A stretch of 57,517 nt of DNA, filler included, from Dugesia japonica (Eukaryota): NCBI GenBank assembly GCA_001938525.1. It is 5 parts of 5 records of this genome, joined end to end, with 100 filler letters (N's around TTAATTAATTAA, not from the genome) between each part and the next. Parts side by side here need not be neighbours in the genome. Positions count along the whole stretch, not along the records: positions 10,519 to 21,100 come from MQRL01518678.1; positions 21,201 to 34,156 come from MQRL01607615.1; 3 more parts are not named here. One strand, written 5' to 3'. Position numbers and translations under genes: made by a program. Position 1 is the first letter of the stretch. Each line of letters opens with the position of its first letter. Below are positions 12,735 to 22,349 of this stretch, one piece after another. The notes below the pieces were generated by a model. It ran no database searches. It was given only the letters and a program-made list of their open reading frames with translations, and was not told where the DNA came from.

Positions 12735-13250
12735 TCATACATTACTCTCTTCTCCATACCACATCCTCTCACTAGTCTCGATAGTGTTCAGGATTGTGGA
12801 TACGCTCGGTATTCGGTTAATTTGGGATAAGATAAGCTCTGTATTATAAGTCTGTAACTCCTCTACTTGGTGTATCAGATCCTCTACGACTTCATTAGTT
12901 CCACTCAGGGTTTGCAGGTAAAAGTTCTGATTCTCGGTAATCTGTCGTCTCTGGTTCTCCACTAATTTATTCAAAAGGTGTATCTGCATCACATAAAAAT
13001 TTTGATTCTCCACAAGGGTTACGTTTAATTGTCGTGTCTGTTGTAACTGTTCGTTTAATGCATCAGAATTCCTCATTACACTCCGGCAGTGTTCGTCACA
13101 TAAATTCTCCATTGCAAAATACGGATTTAAAGGTTGATTAAGTAGTTGAGTATAAGTTTGCACCGGTTCCTCCATAATTGCTCTGTCGACATCGTCTAAA
13201 TCCACATTTACTGTTAACAGTCCATTCATTGTTATCTGTTTCTGTTCCAT
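12735..13250 (-). CDS. 171-aa Q/N/E-rich coiled-coil accessory protein, unknown function
   Basis: Intact ATG-to-stop ORF with AAAATGG context; internal repeat ENQNFY x2; heptad pattern. Confidence 0.65.
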   Translation of the reverse strand: MEQKQITMNGLLTVNVDLDDVDRAIMEEPVQTYTQLLNQPLNPYFAMENLCDEHCRSVMRNSDALNEQLQQTRQLNVTLVENQNFYVMQIHLLNKLVENQRRQITENQNFYLQTLSGTNEVVEDLIHQVEELQTYNTELILSQINRIPSVSTILNTIETSERMWYGEESNV

Positions 13251-13578
13251 TTTACTAAATAAATACTATGATAAAAATACTACAGTGATCCATTCTAAAT
13301 CAAGTTTACAAATTGCTCCATATTTTAATTTTAATTTATTCAGCTATGCTCTACTTTACATTTCGAGCTACTCAAAAAACTAAATTGTGTACCTTACTGT
13401 ACCTTACATTTCAGGTAATTTATTTACAACTTTGCTCTCACTATTCTCCTCAATAACTCCGTAACGACTCAGTTCCTCCCTCCGGAACTCCCAACCGCAC
13501 CAACTCTCTTGGTGGGTATAAATATTTCGCCGTCAACTCTCTTAACTCTGGTTCCAATCGCAGTCTCGGATACTGCCC

Positions 13579-15143
13579 TCATTTTGCTTTACAGATTAAT
13601 ATTGTTATAATCGTCATCATGATAATCGTACTGACGCCCGCTACTCCACCACTGAGTCTTGCTGACCAATTCCTTTCATTTTCCAGTTTGCTTTGCAACG
13701 TTGATGCCTCATGCCTCAACTTAGCTTTTACTGGAAATGTCCGTCGTGAACCAGTCCTTACCAACTCTTTCATTAATTTTTTAAAAAAATCCTCTTGCTG
13801 ATTATTTAAAATATTTGATGGCTGCCTCATAGATTTACTTTCAGTTGTCGTTTTCACATACCTCGTCATTGCATGGTTTCTCTTTTTGCTTCGTACACTG
13901 GTTTCTCTCGTGCTTATCTTCATGATAGTTGTTGTCGCCGTTGTGGTCGTTTTCGGATACACCATCGTCGTCAACTTCTCTGTTGTTACCCGGACCGTTG
14001 TCGTCCTCAAGTATGTTTTCGCTTTTGTTCTCTCTTTTGTCGTCGGTTTGACGGGTAGTGCCTTGTTGCCCTGGGGTGCCTCGTCTACTAATACATATTC
14101 TAATTCTAACCACTCCCCATTTTTCCGATTAAGTTTCATTATCATTTCGTGTTGATTACGCTTCCATCTATACTCTGGTAACACTCCGTCTTGCGCTCAA
14201 TATTTAAAGATTGATATTGCTTAATCCGAAACAACAATTTCTTTCTACGCGACACTTGAAACGTATTTTCTGCATCTTGGGGTGTCCTTTGATTCTCTTT
14301 ATCTACTATACTCATTTTCATATCGATCATAGGCCACTCTNNNNNNNNNNNNNNNNNNNNNNNNNNNNNNNNNNNNNNNNNNNNNNNNNNTCTTGGGGTG
14401 TCCTTTGATTCTCTTTATCTACTATACTCATTTTCATATCGATCATAGGCCACTCTCCTCTTCAAAAGGCAGAAGGCTGTCCGCTTACACCTGATGGAAA
14501 CTGGTTCCATTGAATACTTGTTACTGCGACTCGTTTCAACCCTTTCCTTGAGATTGTCTGCACTTGCGTTTTATAGTAAGTCATATAGATTCGATGCTCC
14601 GTATGAATATCCTCGTAATCATTACACTCTTCTCCACTTATCACTTTGAACACCATTAGCAGTAATACCGCATCCATCCACTTGTCCGATTGACTTGTTA
14701 ACGGACTCACATTCCTCGGAATCTCGGTGTCTGGCTGCACTTCACGCTGTAATTTCGCTTGATTATTCACGTTTATTACTAAGATTACGATTGTCACTGC
14801 AAATGCTAATGCNNNNNNNNNNNNNNNNNNNNNNNNNNNNNNNNNNNNNNNNNNNNNNNNNNCGATTATCGTTAGTCGTCTGGTTCACTACAATGGTTGG
14901 TCCTGCTGGCCAATCTCGTTCCATCCCTATCACTTCGTATGTGATCAACGCCATTAGCACATATATCCATTTATTCATTAGCTTGTTTTGTCTATTTGCT
15001 CCACTGGACGCCGTGGCCTACTCGTTGAAATCATACAATTTTGTCACTTGTACTGTTGTTGGCCATGCTACCGCTGTTAGCGTTACTAACCAAAAAATAA
15101 TTATTGATACGGGTATCAATGCTAAGCAAGTCCATATTGTCTT
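13579..15143 (-). pseudogene. Multi-hydrophobic, Thr-rich, C-terminally anchored membrane module (env-like), end of the giant frame
   Basis: Hydrophobic segments IWTCLALIPVSIIIFWLVTLTAVAW, WIYVLMALITYEVIG, ALAFAVTIVILVINV and WMDAVLLLMVFKVISG; Thr-rich stalk; terminal GVAGVSTIIMMTIITILIC. Confidence 0.6.
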
Positions 15144-17400
15144 TCAAAAATTTCTCAGAACAGATGGCTTTGTTTCCTCTCTTGGGTCTCCCAATTCTAT
15201 TTCATAAATATGATCTTGTGATTCTGATTTTGTCATTGCGTATACATAATTTCCTTCTGACGTGTTATTCCCATTCGTGGGTGGTTCTGGTAACGGAGCT
15301 TCTCGACTCGGTCCTTTAATCGTTGCAAGATCCATCATAAAGTTACTTTCTTGTTCTATTATTTGTTGATTTTTTCCAACCTTTCTTTCCTCTTGTTTTT
15401 CTTGAGTTGCTCTAATCTCCTTCATTACCTCAGGTGTGAACGGCATCTCAAACGGGACATTGCCCTTGAGGTCCATCATTCCAATTATTACTATCTCGTC
15501 CTCGACTTTGTCATTATCTTTTGTGTCGCCCTCCAGAGTCCCACAAAAGTTTAACATTTCCGCTTCCTTCAGCGTTTTAGTTTTCGTTTGTGGTTTCGGG
15601 GTTCCATGACATTTTTGCAATCGTTTGCCCCTTCTCCTTTACTCGAATCCTGTTCTCGTTTTTGTTTTGCTCTACGCTGCAGTGCTTGTAGGTGCAATTT
15701 TTGCATCGCTTTACTCTCTTCTACCAACAATGGATGTGGATAAACATAGGCTATTCTCTGGTACTCGATTACTATATCTTCACTCCATCTTAATCTCTCA
15801 TCACACTCTTGTTCGGCAAGTGATTTTCCTCCATTTTTAGATATTCCTCTATCTCTTTGTAGAGCGCACCATATTCTCTTTTATACTCTTGCTCATGATA
15901 CTTCTGAAGTTCTTGATCTGTCGGCCATTTCTCCATCCTATCCCCATCCTGTATCGTGGGGAATTTTTCTCCTGGACGTTCTGTACACCATTTGCGTTTT
16001 TCCCTTGATAATATGCTTGCATTTCTAACTTTTTCTCTTTAGGTATGTCCGTTCCACGACTCAATACTGTTTCTACGGTTAATAATATGGCAGTTTTTAT
16101 TTCCTCATTTTCTTCCTTTCTTTGTCGCTCCTCTTCTGACGTTGGCCGCTTTCCAGACCTCTTTTTATCGTTATACCCTGATACTTCAAGCTTTCCTTCC
16201 TCTTTATGTTTCTGGGCCCATTTTTCATAACATCTTTCACCGTACGCTTCAATCTTTTCTAGCGCGGCTCTTGGCACCTCCACCTTGTCTTTACAATACG
16301 CTCTCAGCATGGCTATCGTCTCGGCATTAAATATTTCATCTTCCTCAGCCCCGGCCCTCTGGCTATTTTCTGCTTAATACTGCTTTCTTTGTGTCAAAAA
16401 CTCCTGCCATACATCACCCTTTAGTTTTGTGATTTTTGGCGTATCGCTCTCGTCTGCTTGCGGTGGTCGTCCACTAAATTCACAATAGTCCATCATTCCT
16501 CTTTTTATTACTTCCTCTAGTGAATCGTAACCATTTTCACCGTTATCATTATCTGAATAAGAATCCATTATTTCCATAGTCGTACTTTGAACTTGCCGTC
16601 TTTTATTTTTATTCTTTCTGTTCCTCTTTCTCCGATTTCCAATTTTTTCCGATGTGCTAAGCAGAGTTTTCAGTTCGCTGTTGTTTTCCTGTTGTAATTT
16701 TAGTTTCTGAGACAGACATGAACGAGTTTCTATCATTTGGGCTTTCTTTTTCGTTAATTTCTCCATCGTTTTTTGTTGCCTCTCTGCTTTTTGTTGAATC
16801 TCTTGTTTATCTTTCTCTAATTTCACTACCACTTGTTCGAAAGCTTGTTCAGAGACCCTGAAGTGGAACAATTAAAAAACGCGGTACAGTGGGTACAAGC
16901 TTTCGAACAAGTGCTGGCCCGTCATTTTCTTTAATAAATTGTAGCATCTCGGTCATCCTATTGGCTTGTTCCGCTTTATATTCCGCATCATTTAGTTTTC
17001 CTTCATATTTTTCTTGACGCTTGCTGTGGGCTTCCTACATAGTTTTCAACTTTTGTTTATTCTCCTCGGAGATAGTTAATTGTGAGTTTTGTCTCTTTAA
17101 ATCGTAGTATGTACTGTTGCTCTCTCGCATCTCTTTCATTATTTGTTTTTTGTCAATTAATTCTTTGTGAATTCTCCGTATTCGCTCATTGAACAACAAC
17201 TCAGGCCAATCACTCCCCCTGTTTGAAAAATCGACGTCCTCGTCGATGCCCTGCATTTGACAATTAGTCTTACTCCACCTTTCCTTCGGTGTTATTGATG
17301 TCAACAATTCTCCTTTAACTGGTATGGCTTGGCCTAGCTTTAACCCTTTCCTGGCCTCGTGTAACACAATAATTGCCTCTTGCAATTGACCGCGCATATC
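15144..17400 (-). pseudogene. Coiled-coil / basic / acidic middle region of the giant frame
   Basis: Track ORFs 17035-17475, 16374-16871 and 15849-16310 join through single stops and a repairable micro-inversion; the link to 15144-15620 needs frameshifts; NLS-like RRKRNRKNKNKRR. Confidence 0.6.
16830..16913. repeat. 19-bp perfect inverted repeat flanking an inverted 46-bp coding segment
   Basis: CACTTGTTCGAAAGCTTGT (16830-16848) and its reverse complement (16895-16913). Confidence 0.9.
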
Positions 17401-19020
17401 GATTGCGCATTCCCAACACAATTCTTTGTATACCGTTTCTAGTACTGGCAACTCCACCTGGACTTTTACGTTCACACAACTGACACAACCTGCACTGTCT
17501 CAAACTCCTGTATCCAGTAACCATTGACCTCTGCGTTCGACTTGTAATAACGACCGTTTAATACTACGCTTCGTCCTTCGGTAACACTTTTTACATAACT
17601 TCATGATATCTACCGCAGTGATAGAGCATCGAGTAGGCTTCCATGCTCTACATTCATCGCACACTGTCGGTTCGATCTCATCATTTTCCTTTGATGTCGA
17701 CTGATCCTTGTAGATCCAATACTCCTCATTCTTTGTAGTAACTATCTAAACACCGGTCAGACATGGTTGGCATAACGGTGTCCATCCACTCTGGGGAATT
17801 AGTCCTTTCATGTTATATCGTCCGCATCTTGGATTGTCACATTTTCGATTCACTTTCTTCCAGTCGTCCGTCACTGAAGAATAATATTGATTAAGCATGT
17901 CTCGTCAATTTTCATAAATATTTGATTGGTCAGTTAATTTGAATTTTTGTAAGATTTCGTCATGAGTTAATTCTTTATCCCGTCTAATAGAATTGACTGC
18001 TGTTAAACCTCTCATATGTACATGTAAGCACTCCAGTTCATTGTCAATAATTCCTTTAGCCTTGCACAGGCAATTATTACACCATTGCTTATATAAATCC
18101 TCGTCTTATTTCAGTTTGAACGCTATTTCATTACATTGTTCACAGGTGGAACCATGGGATTCCTTTCTGTCTTCTCGTAATGATTCTCGTTGGACACTTT
18201 TCTCCATCAACATTAAGTTATCATAGATCGATTGTAAGCAGTGAAAACATGCTTGGCTCATAAGCACTTTATTCAATGGCACTTTATTCGAAGATCTCGT
18301 ACAGTGACATATTTTACATGGCAAGACTAGATTCTCCTGATTGCATATACTCGGATTGTTGTCTACCGCTTTAATAGTTTTCTCAGCTTTAATACTCCTG
18401 CTTAAGATTAACTGATCTTGCTTTTTGCTGGTAACTATTTGCATCACTAACAGACACGGCTCACATATCTGCTTTTCCAGATTACGCCTGCAACATCCTT
18501 GCTCGTTGGAATGCCCACATTGTGGATTATTACATTTTCGACTCCCTTGAGTCACTCCTTCCTTTATAAGCGAGTAATATTGTCTCAATATAACACCGTC
18601 ATTCTCACAGATATCTGAATTATTAACTACCTCATTTTGTTGTACAATCTCATTTGGCGCTGGTTCTATATTCCGTCGTACAGGATTTGCAGCTTTCAAC
18701 CATTTTAAGTGTTTATGTATACACCTAATCTCTGTTGTAGCAATTCTTTGTGCGAAGCTCAAACAACTTCGGCACCACTGTTGGTATTCACTTGTTACAC
18801 TTGGTAATTTAATCGATGTCCGACCACATAATTCGCATGATAATTTGTTCATAATAAACTTCCCTCTCCCCTGCTGGGTAGATTCCCGAATCAAATTCTC
18901 CACTAACTCTGCTACATCATCACACATAACCCGCAAACAATGATAACATGATTTTCCCATTAGTTCTTTGCTTAATGGCACCGAATCCGGTTTTGTTGCC
19001 TCACAGAATATACACCACTT
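17400..19020 (-). pseudogene. Tandemly repeated Cys-rich (CxxC...CxxC) region fused after the integrase
   Basis: Two about 232-aa units plus a partial third, read in frame through stops at about 18106, 17905, 17746 and 17500. Confidence 0.75.
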
Positions 19021-19279
19021 TTCTTGTTTAACACTTTTATTTTCTTGAACTTCACCCTTAGTACTTTTGGTTTTACTGGTCTTCGTATTCATCATCATTA
19101 TTTGTTGTCTGGATCTAATCAGGTATCGATCCTCTTCATCAATGAATCTAGTTTTGAAACTAACTCTTTTTGTCTTTTTAATTTTGTGTTTAACCTCCTC
19201 GTCTTTGTCCTCCATTTTTTGCTTAACTGAGACTCGTCTCACTCTTTCCACAGTCTCCTCATCGCTTTCTTTATCATTG

Positions 19280-21100
19280 TCGTCTTCGGTTGCTGCTAGT
19301 TTACATCTTGATACGTGAACGATACTTGGCGTTTTAAGTGGTTTTCCCACTTCCTTTACTTTTAGATTCGTTGCAGTTGTCTCTAACACTAAATATGGTA
19401 CTTTGTTTGGTCGTTTTAATTTATCCGTGGTTCCAATTTCGATTGTTGGTGTATTAATTAATATCATGTCACTCTTTTTAAACGAATGGGGCTTTGTATC
19501 TCGATCATATAATTCCTTGTAACTCTCCTGGTTAAACTTCGCATTTAACGCTGCCAATCTCCATATTTCTTGCATTCTCTCTTTCATGCCGGTAACGTAA
19601 TCATCCTCGTCCATATATTGCGATATTGGCCACTGATGCTCTAAATCTATTGGCATATTACATTCTCGACCGTACATTAGTTTAAAAGGTGAAGCTTTGG
19701 TCGCGGGATGTTCTTCCATCTGATAGGCAAATAAACATAAATTCAAATGTTTGTCCCAATCTCTCTGCAATTTCGTTGCATAACTCGATAACATTCTAGT
19801 CAATGTCTGATTGAATCGCTCTGTCATTCCATCCGTTTGTGGATGATACTCTGATGTCCGTACTTTATGAATATTAAAATAACTAGTCACTTCTTTCATT
19901 AATTCACTCATGAAATTATTTCCTTGATCTGTCAATATTTTTTCGCTGGGCCGTATCGACTGAATAATTTATCTACTAATACTCGTGCGATTGTCGACGC
20001 TTTTTGATCCTTTATTGCAAATGCCTCGGGAAACTTTGATAAATGGTCCACTACTGTCAAGATATACGCTTTTCCACTGTCCGTTGGTGGGAATGGTCCC
20101 ATGATGTCCATTGCAATTATATCCATTGGTGCCGCTGGCACGGGTATTGATTGTAACGGCACTTTGAATTTCTTTCCCGTTCCTTTTCTTGCCGCACAAA
20201 TCTCGCATTTACTAATCCATTCATTTACACAAGTTGTAATATGAGGCCAGTAATATTTTGCTCGTAATTTTGATTCGGTTTTCTTTGCTGACATATGACC
20301 TCCTAGAATTCCATTATGATACTGCTCCAGTATTTTCGCTCGTCTACATTTTGGTATTACTAATAACCGTTGATCACCTTCCATCATCATTAACCATTCG
20401 TTCACCACAGTCTATCTACCACCTTGTTTCTTTAAATGTGCCTTCATCGCTTTGTTACACTCCACTTTGCTCAAATCAAAGTGAAATATGTACTCTAGAA
20501 TTAATCTTACTTCCTCGTCTTCGTCTTGATCCCTTTTCAATCCGGTAAAATCTTTATTCTCCGCCAATATCATACATAAGGATCGTATGTCTTGATTCAT
20601 CAATTGCTGTAAGTCTATCCATTCGCTTCTGGTTGCTTTATTTTCTACCACCTCCTCCGGTTCGTCTGTAAATTTTGCTCTTGACATATAATCTGCATTT
20701 GAATTTGCTTTTCCTCTTTTGTATTTGACCAGCGGTGCATATTCTTGTAGCTTCATCGCCCATCTGGCTATTCTATTTGCTTGTAAAGGTTTTTGTCCGA
20801 TCATTGTTATTGGCTGATGATCGGTGTAAATTACTTAAGTATGTCCAAATATTAACTGATTAAAATGTTTTACAGCCTTTACTATTGCCAGGATTTCTCG
20901 TTCAGTGGTGCTATAATTCTTTTCAGATCTTTGAAATGTTTTACTAAAATATCCGATCACCCTTTCTCGTCCTTCTTCGTCTAATTGACTCAATACGGCA
21001 CTCATTGCATAACCCCTTGCATTCGTTGCGAGTATAAATGGTTTCCTAAAATCTGGTTGTACCAGTATCGGTGCCGTCATTAACTTTTCTCGAATTGTTT
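19280..21100 (-). pseudogene. pol: Ty3/Gypsy pol: RNase H plus integrase (two in-frame stops, one frameshift in an A-run at about 19940)
   Basis: PDFRKPFILAT, NYSTTEREILAIV, YTDHQP, NADYMSR; YHNG..GGH...CEIC (HHCC); IAMDIMGP / TDQG / DGMTERFNQTL (DDE); KLKRPNKVPY and VHVSRCK. Confidence 0.95.
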
Positions 21101-21200
21101 NNNNNNNNNNNNNNNNNNNNNNNNNNNNNNNNNNNNNNNNNNNNTTAATTAATTAANNNNNNNNNNNNNNNNNNNNNNNNNNNNNNNNNNNNNNNNNNNN
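21101..21200. other. Artificial contig linker
   Basis: 44N + TTAATTAATTAA + 44N. Confidence 0.97.
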
Positions 21201-21539
21201 TATATATATATATATATATAGATTTATTTACCATGCCTAATTTTATTTTTTATTCGTTGAATAGTTTGTATTGTGTTGTTATATTTCACTAGAAATTTAA
21301 TTTTTTATTTAGTCTTTCACTAATTTTAAATTGTAATTTATTTTTAATTTACTTTTTTATTAATTTTGTTAGGTTAAACAGAAAATTCTTGAAGATTACG
21401 AAGAAAACAAAAAGAAATATATTTAACCAAAATTTTTTTTTTAATCGGAAATATAATTTCGATTACTATATATTTGTTTCCATAATTAGGTAGAAGGTCC
21501 ATATCACTAACAAAATATCTGAGCGTTTAATGTCAAAGA

Positions 21540-22250
21540 TCTGATTTAAAAAAATTTGAATGACCTAATGATTTCCGNNNNNNNNNNNNNNNNNNNNNNN
21601 NNAATTAGGAAGGAGTCGGATGGAGCAATATCAGACAAATATTGAAGTGGAAAAAAAATTTCGCAATTCCAGTTTTTTGTGTCTTCTGCTGGGTTTTGAT
21701 TGTAAACTGACATTGTTATGGTTCAGAAGAACATCCTTTTTGTTGCCATAAATCGGATAGTTATTACGTAGTTTGACTGTTATACGAGTCAATTAATCAC
21801 AGAACATAATTAGCTGTAATTGTTTTGCCAGATTGCAACAATTCAACACCTATGACTTCATTTTGATTCCACCAAATAAAAAGAATAGGATTTTGTTGAT
21901 GGATATTCGTTTTTTATGTAGCAAGTACTGGTTATTCTGGTAAAACTTTTACGTATTAAAGTTTTGTATTGAATCTAGTTTTCATCTTCAGTTATCACTA
22001 ATTAAAGTTAGTTCGTATTCATTTCGTAAAAGTANNNNNNNNNTTACAAAAATTCGAGTTAAATTGTTTTTTATGTCAGTTTATGAGATACGAATTTAGA
22101 TCATTTACGAATAAATCCAATTTGATGAATTTATTCTGTAATGTTTGTTTTTGTGAAAGCTGAAGTCACTTTGCGTTTTTCATGATAGTTAAAAATTGAT
22201 TTGCAATCAATTCAGACTTCAACATCAGAAAGCATACCTGAAAACAAAGC
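21540..22250 (-). pseudogene. Decayed mariner transposase
   Basis: ILFIWWNQNEVIGVELLQSGKTITANY and YLSDIAPSDSFL (YSPDLAPSDY-like) fragments. Confidence 0.7.
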
Positions 22251-22349
22251 ATGACGTCTTAGATAAAAGGCTTATTTTAGAATTTTTTTAGCCAAAGTCT
22301 AACTGTTCTTTCTTTAATGTTGTTAGAACTATCTTGTGTATTTGACTCT

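Larger units (their letters stand above)
10519..21100 (-). mobile_element. 3' portion of a giant Ty3/Gypsy LTR retroelement with long accessory coding region (gag/PR/RT lie beyond the contig edge; left boundary unknown)
   Basis: RNase H, HHCC, DDE integrase and GPY/F-like motif followed by about 8 kb of same-strand coding sequence; visibly GC-richer than the other contigs with an A-rich coding strand throughout. Confidence 0.8.

Noticed and set aside
14275-14456. 66-bp exact direct repeat flanking a 50-N gap
   Set aside because: Scaffolding overlap; collapsing it restores the reading frame.
13619-16230. Plus-strand hydrophobic ORFs overlapping the giant element
   Set aside because: They are antisense shadows of an A-rich coding strand with no independent motifs.
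13579-21100. Alternative genetic code (in-frame TAA/TAG often fit Gln and TGA fits Trp)
   Set aside because: The stops are sparse, CAA/CAG/TGG are used normally, frameshifts co-occur and MZT1 ends in TAA. GC-to-AT decay of a dead copy explains them.
18106-21100. Polinton/Maverick or Ginger DNA transposon (integrase plus many ORFs)
   Set aside because: A Gypsy-type RNase H lies in frame directly upstream of the integrase; no pPolB, packaging ATPase or capsid motifs were seen.
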